Shown: positions 32,332 through 42,643 of the stretch, piece after piece
How the letters are laid out: each line of letters begins with the position of its first letter
How positions within the stretch are numbered: the first letter of the stretch is position 1
Source of the DNA: Nostoc sp.
GTDB lineage: Bacteria; Cyanobacteriota; Cyanobacteriia; Cyanobacteriales; Nostocaceae
DNA length: 64,000 bases
NCBI GenBank assembly: GCA_036918135.1
Contig: JBALDB010000032.1
Location: forward strand, 1-64,000
Direction: 5' to 3'
Notes under the pieces: generated by a model
The model's input: only the letters and a program-made list of their open reading frames with translations
The model's database searches: none
Told to the model about the DNA's origin: nothing
Translations under genes and position numbers: made by a program

Positions 32332-32578
32332 ATGTTGGATATTGGGAGTGTTAAGTGTTGACAGATAACAGATGACTGTTGAGTGTTGAGTGTTGAAAGC
32401 CAGTTGCTCTACAGGAACGCTAAGAGCGAAGAACGGGGAAAATACACAACGCACTAGCTCCTGTTGAGCGGAGCTGGAGATTCCAAAAGCTCCGGTTAGG
32501 AATTCTGCCTTTTGTTTACCCCTCATTTCCTCAATCCCCATTACCCCTTATCCCCAGAGGGAACCCCACCTTCCCCAA

Positions 32579-33778
32579 TCACTTAATTTTCAGTGCCGAT
32601 TTTCCTAAAGATTGGCAAATAACGTCATTTTGCGGTGTATGGATACGGCTGCACAGAACATCACGGTAGTGTCGTTCTAAAGGATGCTTTTTCAACAGTC
32701 CAGGATTACCAATTAGTTCCAACCCAATCTCTACGGCACGAATCGAGTTAGTCGTAGTTAGATATTTAACAGCTTGTACCTGTAATCCTACGTTAGGTTC
32801 ATACTCCCCGCGGTCAATATCTTTAGCCAAGCTATAAATCAGCGTACGGCTAGCAAATAACAGTGCTTCCATCTCTCCCACAGCGGTTTGAAAGCGTGGT
32901 AGAGTTGCTAGTGGCTCTCCTAAATTAGATGGCGATCGCTCCCAAAGATATTTGGTCAACCAGTCTCGTGCAGCAGTAGCTACACCGAGATATAAGGCAC
33001 TAATTGTCAAGCTGCCCCAAGCGGAAATCAATGGATCGAGAGAAGGCGCAGCAGAGATGGGGCGGATATCAACGGCGTATTCTGAAGGAATTAGTACATT
33101 CTCCAAGATCAGGTCGTGGCTGCCAGTGGCTCTCATCCCCAAGTGATCCCAAGTTTCGACAATTTGCAAGCCAGGAAGATTGCGAGGAACTAGAAAATTC
33201 CCTACTTGTGGTTCATCTTCCGTTGTTAGTGCCCAAACAACGAAGTAACTGAGGATGGGACTACCTGTGGTGTACTGTTTGTGACCTGTTAAACGCCAAC
33301 CCTCTGTTGTGCGTTCGGCAATGCTAGCAGGCAATCCACCTCTGGCTGGCGTGCCTAACTCTGGTTCCACACGCGCAGCGTTCAGCAGCGCAATACCTTC
33401 GATTGATTCACGGCACACCCGTTTGTATACTTCTGGATGCCAACGACGACTACGAGCTGCATGGGCATGTTGAAGATAGTGCATTGTCAGTACTAGTGCG
33501 GTGGAAGCATCTCCGTGCGCTATGCCTTCAATCACTCGGCAGATAGTTTCTAGCCCCAAATCCTCACCGCCCAGTTGGTGCGGGATGGTGAGGCTGAGCA
33601 ATCCGGCTTCATGCAAAGCTGTAAAATTCTCGAAAGGAAACGAACCCTCTTTATCGTGTACCCCTGCACGGGTAGCAAAGTCCTTCGCCAAGGTCTCAAC
33701 CTGGTGGAAAATATTGGGGGTAGTTTCTAAACTATTCGCTATAAAGGTGTCTGGCAGCGCTTGTTCCAACTGTGACAT
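32579..33778 (-). CDS. Acyl-CoA dehydrogenase-fold flavoprotein
   Basis: WDHLGMRATGSHD and LERHYRDVLCSRIH motifs. Confidence 0.9.
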   Translation of the reverse strand: MSQLEQALPDTFIANSLETTPNIFHQVETLAKDFATRAGVHDKEGSFPFENFTALHEAGLLSLTIPHQLGGEDLGLETICRVIEGIAHGDASTALVLTMHYLQHAHAARSRRWHPEVYKRVCRESIEGIALLNAARVEPELGTPARGGLPASIAERTTEGWRLTGHKQYTTGSPILSYFVVWALTTEDEPQVGNFLVPRNLPGLQIVETWDHLGMRATGSHDLILENVLIPSEYAVDIRPISAAPSLDPLISAWGSLTISALYLGVATAARDWLTKYLWERSPSNLGEPLATLPRFQTAVGEMEALLFASRTLIYSLAKDIDRGEYEPNVGLQVQAVKYLTTTNSIRAVEIGLELIGNPGLLKKHPLERHYRDVLCSRIHTPQNDVICQSLGKSALKIK

Positions 33779-33889
33779 AATATACTCCTTATTGAGGTAA
33801 ACTTAAGTCTTTTCAAGACGGTCAGACACTCGTCTTGCGAAAAAAAGTTGATGTTTCTACAAACTTAAGATGCTTTCATCAGATATTAG

Positions 33890-33967
33890 GCGATGTCTGA
33901 CGACAAGCTGCTTCTCATCTCTACAGAAAGGCTGTGCCAACGAGACACTTTGCAAACGCGTCTGTGC
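33890..33967. repeat. Nested small repeat starting at a HIP1 half-site
   Basis: GCGAT-GTCTGACGACAAGCTGCTTC...CGCGTCTGTGC with an internal insert. Confidence 0.5.
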
Positions 33968-34085
33968 ATCAAAGATTATAACAATTCACCAAAACTTTGA
34001 TAAAGTTTGCGATCGCTTTTACGAGTACCTCCAGCCATCTGATAAGCTGCCCTATCTGCGTAGCTAAATCAATGTGATTGCATAT

Positions 34086-34111
34086 TACGAAAATATTGTG
34101 TATTTACCGTA
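34086..34111. promoter_or_regulatory. Putative sulfur-regulon operator, copy 5
   Basis: TACGAAAA-TATTGTGTAT-TTACCGTA between the divergent ACAD-fold gene and ssuA. Confidence 0.7.
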
Positions 34112-34302
34112 GTATTCTTTAATAAGAATAAGAGAACTCTATAGATTGCTTGTGAAAGCAATAATCGATCGCCTGGATTTTCAAGCGATCGTTTCGTGGG
34201 TATCGTAACCATAGATTTATAGGCACTGATTACCCAATCCCCAGTTCTCTTTACGCTTGTCAAAGGTAAATATTTATCTCTAAAAGTAGAGTCAAGACGT
34301 TG

Positions 34303-35406
34303 ATGAAGTTTTTTCCAACTCGTCAGTTGCTTAGGATTGCGATACCTGCGGTCAGCACAACTATCGCTTTCCTTAAGGGATTGAAGCAGCAGAGGATTTA
34401 CACCTTTTCCCTAATGTTTACAGTCGGACTTAGTTTAACATTAGCTGTATTTGCTTGTTCTCCAACCACAAGCAACAGTGGAACGACCCAAACGACCCAA
34501 ACGACCCAAACGACCCAAACAACCCAGACACCTCGCACTGCCATAGTTCGTATTGGTTACCAGAAGGCATCAACTATCCTCTATGCACTTAAAGCAAAAG
34601 GAAATTTAGAAAAAGCCTTTGCAGCTTCCGGTGCTTCGGTTACTTGGTCAGAATTTCCTGCTGGTCCTCCGATGTTGGAAGCATTGAACGCAGGTAGCAT
34701 TGACTTTGGCTATACCGGAGAATCGCCGCCAATATTTGCCCAAGCAGGAGGTATTCCTTTAGTTTATGTTGCCTACGATCCTTGGGGTCCCAAGGCTGAA
34801 GCTATCCTAGTTCCCAAAGATTCACCTGTTAAAAATGTAGCTGAACTCAAAAACAAGAGAGTTGCTTTTGCCAAAGGCTCTAATGCTAACTATTTATTGG
34901 TTAAAGCCCTGGAAAAGGCAGGATTAAAATACAGTGATATTCAGCCAAAAAGTCTGCCACCAGCGGATGCTCGTGCTGCGTTTGAAGGTAAGAACGTTGA
35001 AGCTTGGGCAATTTGGGACCCGTACTTAGCCGCAGCACAAGCAGCAACAGGCGCACGCGCTTTAACAGATGGGACGGGATTAGCTTTCAATCGTGGTTAT
35101 TATCTCGCGGCCAAGTCTTTTGCTGACACCAAGCCGGATGCTTTGAAAACAGTTCTAGATAAAGTCAAGAAAACCAGTGATTGGGCGAAAAGTAATTCCA
35201 CTGACGTTGCAAAACTCCTTTCTCCAGTATTGGGCATAGATGCTACTGTTTTGGAGACAGCTGAAAAGCGGCGCGAGTATGATGTACTTCCGCTGACAGC
35301 TGAAGTGATTAGCAAACAACAAGAAGTTGCAGATACCTTTTTTAGAATCAAATTGATCCCAAAACAAATTAAAGTTCAAGAAATTGTTTGGCAAGGCAAT
35401 AAATAA
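34303..35406 (+). CDS. ssuA: Aliphatic sulfonate ABC transporter substrate-binding lipoprotein
   Basis: Lipobox VFAC; RIGYQK, EFPAGPPMLEALNAGSIDFG and WAIWDPY motifs. Confidence 0.92.
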   Translation: MKFFPTRQLLRIAIPAVSTTIAFLKGLKQQRIYTFSLMFTVGLSLTLAVFACSPTTSNSGTTQTTQTTQTTQTTQTPRTAIVRIGYQKASTILYALKAKGNLEKAFAASGASVTWSEFPAGPPMLEALNAGSIDFGYTGESPPIFAQAGGIPLVYVAYDPWGPKAEAILVPKDSPVKNVAELKNKRVAFAKGSNANYLLVKALEKAGLKYSDIQPKSLPPADARAAFEGKNVEAWAIWDPYLAAAQAATGARALTDGTGLAFNRGYYLAAKSFADTKPDALKTVLDKVKKTSDWAKSNSTDVAKLLSPVLGIDATVLETAEKRREYDVLPLTAEVISKQQEVADTFFRIKLIPKQIKVQEIVWQGNK

Positions 35407-35662
35407 TTCGTAATACTTCGAATTCGCCCTTCTCTTTGAGAGACGCTTGCGCGTAGCTTGCTTAAGAGCAGGGGTAGGCTACGCTCTCCCAAGGCTCAGT
35501 ACAAGTTCGTAATACTAGCCTGGGCATGAGAAGCAAGCAACGTAATTCGTAATTGTAACAAAGAAATATTAATCATGGATTCAATAATTTTGAATTTAAC
35601 CTCGTCTACTTTGAAACCCGTAGTTTTTCCTCGTCAGGGTCAAGATGATTTTTCACCCACAA

Positions 35663-35691
35663 GCAATGCCTGGGGCGGGCTACGCCTACGC
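35663..35691 (-). repeat. 21-nt element in a degenerate HIP1 site (SDR5-like)
   Basis: Minus strand: GCG + TAGGCGTAGCCCGCCCCAGGC + ATTGC. Confidence 0.75.
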
Positions 35692-35700
35692 TAATTTCAA

Positions 35701-35850
35701 AGGGGTTGTATAGAAGGATTGAAAGCACCACCAGAGATTCCAGACATTTGTCAGCGGGCGCACTTTATCCGCAATCATGATGAATTGTCGTTAGACAAGC
35801 TCTCAAAATCGGAACGAGAAGAAATATTGACCAAATTTCATCTAGGATAA
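35701..35850 (+). pseudogene. Internal fragment of a TreS-like GH13 gene
   Basis: Reads PPEIPDICQRAHFIRNHDELSLDKLSKSEREEIL, compare TreS CQWAIFLRNHDELTL. Confidence 0.7.
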
Positions 35851-35920
35851 AGAGCAGGTATAGCTATTCAAGTGTGCCATTCGTTTTTGAACCCTCTTTC
35901 ACATTCGCGATGCTCCGATC

Positions 35921-36832
35921 TCAAACGTTGTTTTCCAGCTCGGTGATGCCAGAAAAATGCTCAGCTAGAAAATCTACGAAAGTACTTATTTTGGGTGATA
36001 GGTATCGCCAATTCGTATAGACAGCATAAAGAGATGAGGTTGCCACCGTGTAGTCCAGCTTCAGCACCTCCAATCGTTGGCTGGTAAGATCGTCTTCAAT
36101 CAACCACTTTGGCAAAACTGCCAACCCCATACCGGCTAAGGTTGCCTGATACAGCATGATAGTGTTGTTGGAGCGGATCGAGACTGGCAGTTTGACTGTC
36201 TCCCGCCCGTTAGAACCCTCAAAGGATATCTCATCGGCAAATTGCGAGTAGTAATAGCTGATACTTAGATGCTTCGATAGTTCGTTGGGAGTTTTTGGGT
36301 AGCCATTTCTTTGCAAATAGTCAGTTGAGCCAACCAACATGAGTTGAATTGGGCAAATGCGTCGCGTCAGCAGTGAAGAACTGGGTTCCTCGGGCGTGAC
36401 ACGTAACGCCAAATCAAATCCTTCTTCCACCAAATCTACCAACCGATCGTTCAAATTCAAATCTAGCAATACGTCTGGATAGCGAGAGCGGTACTTCGCC
36501 AAGGCTTTAGTGAATAACGGGTTAGCAAACCAAACTGGGGCGCTGATCTTGAGTATGCCACGCGCGACGACGGCTGATTGCCTCACCGTTGCCTCCACCA
36601 TTTCCAATTTATTAAGCATTTCCCGGCATTGCTCATAATAGACCCTTCCGACTTCGGTTAAGCTTAAGTGTCGGCTGGTTCGATTCAACAAACGTGCGCC
36701 AAGGTTTCGTTCCAAGTGCATCACATGCTTGCTGGTCATGGCTGTGGATAAGTTGAGCCGCTGAGCAGCTGCCACAAAACTTCCTGATTCCACCACCTGA
36801 AGCAATACTTTCATGCTTGTTAAGGTGTCCAT
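35921..36832 (-). CDS. LysR-family transcriptional regulator (CrgA/DmlR-like)
   Basis: GSFVAAAQRL, LGARLLNRTSRHLSLTE and DLVEEGFDLALR motifs; start at MDTLTSM. Confidence 0.95.
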   Translation of the reverse strand: MDTLTSMKVLLQVVESGSFVAAAQRLNLSTAMTSKHVMHLERNLGARLLNRTSRHLSLTEVGRVYYEQCREMLNKLEMVEATVRQSAVVARGILKISAPVWFANPLFTKALAKYRSRYPDVLLDLNLNDRLVDLVEEGFDLALRVTPEEPSSSLLTRRICPIQLMLVGSTDYLQRNGYPKTPNELSKHLSISYYYSQFADEISFEGSNGRETVKLPVSIRSNNTIMLYQATLAGMGLAVLPKWLIEDDLTSQRLEVLKLDYTVATSSLYAVYTNWRYLSPKISTFVDFLAEHFSGITELENNV

Positions 36833-37106
36833 CGTAGTTCTAAAGTTTCCTAAGAAGAAAGATAGCATCAACAAAATGATACTTGTACAACGATGAGAAA
36901 TAAATGTAATTTGAGGAAGACGGCAGTATCAAATAGCTAGGCAAGCAAATAGCTATGACTAAACCAACAAAGAATGGTGTTCTATATTTGTTCCTCTTTG
37001 CCTGAAGAATTTATGCATTGAACGTTTCAGGAGTTTTAACAACAAATCTAAAACACGATCGACTCGTCAACTGCCTGCAAGGATTTCAACGTAGAGGGGA
37101 ACTTCA

Positions 37107-37595
37107 ATGTCTCAGAACAACGAACTCACAGCGATCGACCGCTTTACCATCTTCGAGCAGCTGAACATGCATCAGCGATGTATCGACAAGGGTTGGGGGC
37201 GCGAGCAGGCTGACCTCTACAACCGCCTTTACTGGCCAGAGGCTAAATTCCACGTCTACGACCTACGTACTTCAACCTTCGAGGGTTTTGAGGGTATGAA
37301 GCAGATGTTCGACTATGCACACAGCGTCTTCCCGATGGACAAGTGGTTCCACTCTATGGGCGCGTTTGAAATTTCTGGAGCGGGTGACAGGGCTGAAGCG
37401 CACTGGCGATGGTTCGTGTACTGGAAAGCTGAACAGGTCGGAATCGTTTCGACTGGCACTTACGACGACATCTTTGAACGTCGCGATGGCGTCTGGAAGT
37501 GTCTGGATCGCACCTCCAAGAGCGATCCCAACTGGCCTAATGACTTGTTCCAACCCTTCCTCGATCGCGCAGACATCACCTTTAAAGCGTCCTAA
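37107..37595 (+). CDS. SnoaL/NTF2-like protein
   Basis: GTYDDIFERRDGVWK C-terminal motif; GGGGA RBS. Confidence 0.8.
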   Translation: MSQNNELTAIDRFTIFEQLNMHQRCIDKGWGREQADLYNRLYWPEAKFHVYDLRTSTFEGFEGMKQMFDYAHSVFPMDKWFHSMGAFEISGAGDRAEAHWRWFVYWKAEQVGIVSTGTYDDIFERRDGVWKCLDRTSKSDPNWPNDLFQPFLDRADITFKAS

Positions 37596-37753
37596 TAGTG
37601 AGACTTTTGTAGGTTAGGTGGAGCTTCGCGAAAGCCGTCTATATATCGCTCATGGAAATGCGCGTCAATTGTTTTCACTCTAACTAAAGGTTCAACACCA
37701 AGTAAACCGTTGTGTTGTGAGTGAGGTAAATCTACCACTGATGGGAGTCGTTT

Positions 37754-39067
37754 ATGGCACATAGCACAGTTGGCACTCATGTAGTCGTTGAGGACGCAGC
37801 TTCTCTGGCTGAAGCGGTTCAACGTACACATGTTGTAATCGAGGTGGCTGGTCGCCTTCATGACTTAGAGAAATTTACACTTCTTGAAGGTTCAAGTTTG
37901 GTGGGTACAACTTCTGAGGCTGAATTGGTCTTCAAGCCAGATTCAGACGGGGTAGCGCTCACGGCAAATAACACCCTCCAGAACTTAACCCTGCGATCGC
38001 ATCCGAGCCGATTAACGCTTAGTCTAGAACCGGCAACAACTACCCTGGGACAACTCAAGTTGCAGCATCTCGTCGTCTATGGTCGGCTGCACTTGGAATC
38101 CAGTACTGTGATGACCGCTGACCTTTTGCTCGTTGACGTTCAAGTGTATGACGGCGACAGCACCTCAGCGCGGCATCGTCCAGTCGGTTACGGCGTAGAA
38201 GTCGTTCCGGGTTGCCTAACGATCTACAACCGCTGTACCGATCCCCAAAGTCGCTGGACATTGCGTGCCGAAAACCTCTCAGGGGGAACGCGAGATGTGC
38301 CGTTGCGGGGTAGCGGCATCTTTATTTTTGGCGGCATGACTGTTCCCGCAAACGCCGATCCTCAAGGTGGGCCAGCGCCCAGTTCTCCTGGTGGCATAAT
38401 TGACCTGAAATTATTGACCACAGGCGAAATCCATACTAATGGCAATATCCCGGCTGGTATTGGCAATCTGATCTCAGGCGGGGTGTTCGTTGGCTCAGGC
38501 GTGAAGGCTCAACAAGCGATCAATAACGGCCCTGTAACAACTTACGGGACAAATGACATGGTGTTGGATAACTGGGGCAATGTCCGTCTTTGGCTTGCTC
38601 GGCAGTCCATTACATCTCATGGAACCAGTGGAATCGGATTCGTAAATTTCGGAGATTTGCAGACTCTGATTGTGCAAGGCGACCTGGCGACCTATGGCGA
38701 AGGGGCGCGGGGGTTCAATCTATACGACGGAACCTTGGCTTATGCAGAATTCAAAAGCATTACCACTCATGGCAATGGCTCGATCGGGATACAGACCAGT
38801 AAACCATTTGGCAATATCCTCGTGCTTGGGGACGTAATCACAAAAGGGGGTAGGGGTAACAGTTTGGTGCGTGGCGTGGTCGTACAGCTTGACGCGCACG
38901 CCCTGAGTCTCAAACCGGGCACAAGTGGAAAAGAGATCGTTGTACTGGGTCGAGTCGAGGCTCAAAGAGAGGAAATTACCTCATTGGATTTCGCTGCTCC
39001 AGCCAGCACAGTTGAATTCATTACGATCGGCGGTCAGCAGTATGTCGATGGATCGTCAACAGAGTAG
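37754..39067 (+). CDS. Hypothetical protein, probable beta-helix
   Basis: Repeating G..ITT.G..S.G/F pattern; GGGAG RBS; long ORF collinear with the operon. Confidence 0.75.
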   Translation: MAHSTVGTHVVVEDAASLAEAVQRTHVVIEVAGRLHDLEKFTLLEGSSLVGTTSEAELVFKPDSDGVALTANNTLQNLTLRSHPSRLTLSLEPATTTLGQLKLQHLVVYGRLHLESSTVMTADLLLVDVQVYDGDSTSARHRPVGYGVEVVPGCLTIYNRCTDPQSRWTLRAENLSGGTRDVPLRGSGIFIFGGMTVPANADPQGGPAPSSPGGIIDLKLLTTGEIHTNGNIPAGIGNLISGGVFVGSGVKAQQAINNGPVTTYGTNDMVLDNWGNVRLWLARQSITSHGTSGIGFVNFGDLQTLIVQGDLATYGEGARGFNLYDGTLAYAEFKSITTHGNGSIGIQTSKPFGNILVLGDVITKGGRGNSLVRGVVVQLDAHALSLKPGTSGKEIVVLGRVEAQREEITSLDFAAPASTVEFITIGGQQYVDGSSTE

Positions 39068-39232
39068 GAATTGTAATTACCCAGAGGTAAGTAAGGGTTT
39101 AACGCTCAATCACTGGCGATCGCAGTTCAGCATTCTAAGCGACTACGAATCTTTTACTTGGTAACATTCAAAATTTCGATCGCCAGTGATTGATGAAATG
39201 TCGATCCATTTTATGAAAAGGAGTACGTCACA

Positions 39233-40177
39233 ATGGCAACGATGAAAGCAATCCGAATTCATGCTTACGGCGGGGCTGAAAACCTCAAGTACGACGAAGT
39301 ACCCCGTCCTGAACCGCAAGCAGGGCAAGTCCTCATTCAAGTGTATGCAGCAGGCGTAAACCCAATCGATTGGAAGATTCGTGAAGGGTTTTTCCAACAA
39401 ATCTCTGATTATTCGCTGCCCGTGATTGCTGGCGCTGATGTGGCTGGTGTTGTTGCAAGTGTGGGCGATGGTGTCACCACACTGCAACCAGGACAAGCGG
39501 TTTATGGAACAGCAGACATGGCGCTTTCGGGAGCCTATGCCGAGTATGCAGTGGGCTATGCAGACGCGATCGCTCCGAAGCCAAAAACGCTCGACTATAT
39601 TCATGCGGCTTCTGTCCCAATCGTGGCAATCACCGCATGGCAAGCATTATTTGATGGCGCAAATCTCCAGCCAGGGCAGAGTGTGCTGATTCATGGTGGC
39701 GCGGGTGGAGTAGGTCGCTATGCAATTCAGTTTGCCAAGTGGAAGAGGGCACGAGTCATTGCAACGGCATCGGCAGCGAACCTTAACGATCTGAGAAACC
39801 TGGGTGCCGATCGGGCGATCAACTATGCGAGTCAACCGTTTGAACAGCAGGTAAAAGATGTAGATGTGGTGCTTGATTTGGTTGGTGGAGAAACGCAAGC
39901 GCGATCGTGGCAAATCATTCGTCCGGGTGGCGTTTTAGTTTCGACACTTGGTGTGCCTGAATCAGGCATTCCACAGGGCATTGAAGCGGTTCCTGTTTTC
40001 GCCAATCTCAGAGCAAATTCCCAGCTCCAGCAGATTGCTCAATTGATTGATGACGGACAGATCAAAGCGTCTATTGAGCAAGTTTTTGAACTGGCAGAAG
40101 CCGCTAAAGCACAGGAAGTTAGCCAGCACGGACATCCACGCGGCAAGCTGGTTTTGCAAGTCGTTCATCCAGCTTGA
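39233..40177 (+). CDS. NADP-dependent oxidoreductase (MDR/quinone reductase)
   Basis: AGVNPIDWK, VLIHGGAGGVG and HPRGKLVL motifs. Confidence 0.93.
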   Translation: MATMKAIRIHAYGGAENLKYDEVPRPEPQAGQVLIQVYAAGVNPIDWKIREGFFQQISDYSLPVIAGADVAGVVASVGDGVTTLQPGQAVYGTADMALSGAYAEYAVGYADAIAPKPKTLDYIHAASVPIVAITAWQALFDGANLQPGQSVLIHGGAGGVGRYAIQFAKWKRARVIATASAANLNDLRNLGADRAINYASQPFEQQVKDVDVVLDLVGGETQARSWQIIRPGGVLVSTLGVPESGIPQGIEAVPVFANLRANSQLQQIAQLIDDGQIKASIEQVFELAEAAKAQEVSQHGHPRGKLVLQVVHPA

Positions 40178-40495
40178 GGCAGGCTTTTGTAAAACTTTGG
40201 TTCATCGAACTTTTTTTCTGTAAGGGCGAAGCATTCGGGCAATAATCTTTATCTCAATGGGTTATTAACCAAATGCTTCGTCCCTACGCAGAGTGTATCT
40301 CAGGCAGAGTTCATTAACGAAATCTTTGGAATTATTGCTTAAAAAATGCGAACCAGACCCGTTCGTTTATCACTTGAAATATTTCTGCAACACAATCAAT
40401 CAAGGCTGAAGATTTTCCGCTAATCGAACAAGAGTACGTTGAGCTTCAACAGTGAGTAAAAACTTAGTTATGCACAAAAGTAAGGAGCGGCTATT

Positions 40496-42016
40496 ATGGC
40501 AGCAACGACAGATAAGAAATCCTCAGCACCAAACATTGAACTAGGAACACCCGCACTGAACTGGATTGATGGCGAGTGGATTGATTCAAAAAAGCATACT
40601 GATAGCATTGATCCAGCTACAGGCAAGGTGATTGGAACTTATGCAGATGGTGGGCGTGACGAGGCAGTTCAGGGGGTTAATGCTGCGGTGCGGGCGTTCC
40701 GAGAATTAGACTGGAAGGAAAATCGGGCACTTCGGGCGCGAGTGCTGAATCAAATTGCCGATCGCTTTGAAGCCCAAAGAGATGAACTGATCGCGATTCT
40801 CTCGCTTGAAAACGGCAAAGTCCATGACGAAGCAGCATTTGAAGTCGATATGATTCCCAGCAAATTTCGATACTGGGCAGCGGTTGTGCTGACGGATTAT
40901 GGACGGGCGATGGAAGTCCAACCCGGACGCCTTTCGTTTGTGACTCGATCTCCAATCGGAGTTGCTGGAATCGTCGCACCGTTTAACTCGCCGCTTGTGC
41001 TGACTGTGCGTTCTCTGGCACCTGCTCTTGCTGCTGGTGTTACAACTGTTATTAAATTGCCGGGTAATACAGCACAGATCAACTATCTGTTTAGTAAAAC
41101 CCTCGCTGAAGCTGCCGATTTACCAAAGGGCGTGATTAATGTCTTTAGTGAAAGCAAAGGTAGAGGCGGATCATCTTTTCTGATGGAGTCAAAGGATGTT
41201 CGGGTGATTAGCTTTACAGGAAGCACAAAGACCGGGAAAGCAATTTCCGCAACAGGGGCAGCGACGCTCAAGCTATTTCAAACTGAACTCGGTGGTAAGA
41301 CACCGATGATTATCTTCGAGGATGCCGATCTGGAGGCGGCTGCACCCAGAGTTGAGAAGGCACTCACGACTTTTGCAGGTCAATTCTGCATGACGGGTTC
41401 TCGCCTGTTAGTACAGCGTGCTGTTGCCGATCGCTTTCGCACGCTAATCGCCCAAAGATTAGAGAACGTCAAAACTGGACCTGCGTCCGATCCGTCCAGT
41501 GATATGGGACCTCTCATTGATAAGCCGAATGTTGAGCGTGTGAACAAGATGGTGGAGGAGGCGATTGCCGCGGGTGCTAAGGTGCTTGTACGCGGCGGCC
41601 CAATTGTTGAAGGGCCACTCGCCAGCGGTGCATTTTACCGTCCGACCCTGCTGGAAGTGACCGATCCGAAAATGACGATTGTTCAAGAAGAGGTCTTCGG
41701 TCCAGTCCTCACCATGCAAATCTTCGATACTGAAGCAGAAGCGGTGCAGCTTGCTAACGACAGTGAGTATGGCTTGGCCGCGAGCATTTGGACTCGCGAT
41801 GTTGACCGTCCACTGCGCGTCGCCCGCGAAATAGATGCAGGCACGATCTGGATCAACGATTGGGCGATGGTTTGGGACGAGTTTGAGGAAGGCGGATTCA
41901 AGCGTAGCGGTAACGGCAGGCTGAATGGTCTGACGGCTATGGATGAATTTCTAGAGTACAAACACATCGCCTTCAACTCAGGCACAATCCTTGATACTGG
42001 CGTTCCTGCTCACTAA
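40496..42016 (+). CDS. Aldehyde dehydrogenase
   Basis: FTGST, ELGGK, AGQFC and EEVFGP motifs. Confidence 0.96.
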   Translation: MAATTDKKSSAPNIELGTPALNWIDGEWIDSKKHTDSIDPATGKVIGTYADGGRDEAVQGVNAAVRAFRELDWKENRALRARVLNQIADRFEAQRDELIAILSLENGKVHDEAAFEVDMIPSKFRYWAAVVLTDYGRAMEVQPGRLSFVTRSPIGVAGIVAPFNSPLVLTVRSLAPALAAGVTTVIKLPGNTAQINYLFSKTLAEAADLPKGVINVFSESKGRGGSSFLMESKDVRVISFTGSTKTGKAISATGAATLKLFQTELGGKTPMIIFEDADLEAAAPRVEKALTTFAGQFCMTGSRLLVQRAVADRFRTLIAQRLENVKTGPASDPSSDMGPLIDKPNVERVNKMVEEAIAAGAKVLVRGGPIVEGPLASGAFYRPTLLEVTDPKMTIVQEEVFGPVLTMQIFDTEAEAVQLANDSEYGLAASIWTRDVDRPLRVAREIDAGTIWINDWAMVWDEFEEGGFKRSGNGRLNGLTAMDEFLEYKHIAFNSGTILDTGVPAH

Positions 42017-42175
42017 TCGAGCTTGAAATCGGCTCGTCTGCTTGGACGTTACTACTTATATGAACAATTTGACGGGGATAGAGAACATCGACACCTTGAT
42101 CTACCCAGTGGGCACTGTACCCGCCACAGAATTCTCACTACTACAAACCAACTGTAACCAAAAAAGAATGCACCT

Positions 42176-42643
42176 ATGTCAAACACCAAGGTTGAAATCG
42201 TGCAGCAACTCCTCAAAGGTGCCACCAAGCCTGAGGTCGTCAATCGGCTTGTGGCCCCCGATGCCATCTACGTATCACTCACCTATGATAATCCCGATCT
42301 AAAAAAGCTTATGCCTTGGGCAGGCACGCATAAAGATGGTCCGGCCAGCGTCCTCAAAGTTTTCCAGGAGCTCAACACTTTTTGGATGATTGAAGGCTTA
42401 GAGGTTCAAGATGCCTTTGGCGAAGGCGAGAACGTAGCGCTCTTCGGCACCTTCACCACCCACTCTGTGAAACTCGATAAAAAGTTTACCTCTCCCTTTG
42501 TCTTCTTTGCGAAGGTCAAGAACGGCTTGGTCACCTACATGCAATACATGGAGGACACCTTTGGCACAGGTTCGACCTTCCGATCTGGTGGTACCTGGAC
42601 ATTCCAGGGCAATCCAGACGGCAGCGAAGTATCAGTGCCGTAG
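42176..42643 (+). CDS. NTF2/SnoaL-like (ketosteroid isomerase-like) protein
   Basis: MPWAGTH.G and GLVTYMQYMEDT motifs. Confidence 0.82.
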   Translation: MSNTKVEIVQQLLKGATKPEVVNRLVAPDAIYVSLTYDNPDLKKLMPWAGTHKDGPASVLKVFQELNTFWMIEGLEVQDAFGEGENVALFGTFTTHSVKLDKKFTSPFVFFAKVKNGLVTYMQYMEDTFGTGSTFRSGGTWTFQGNPDGSEVSVP

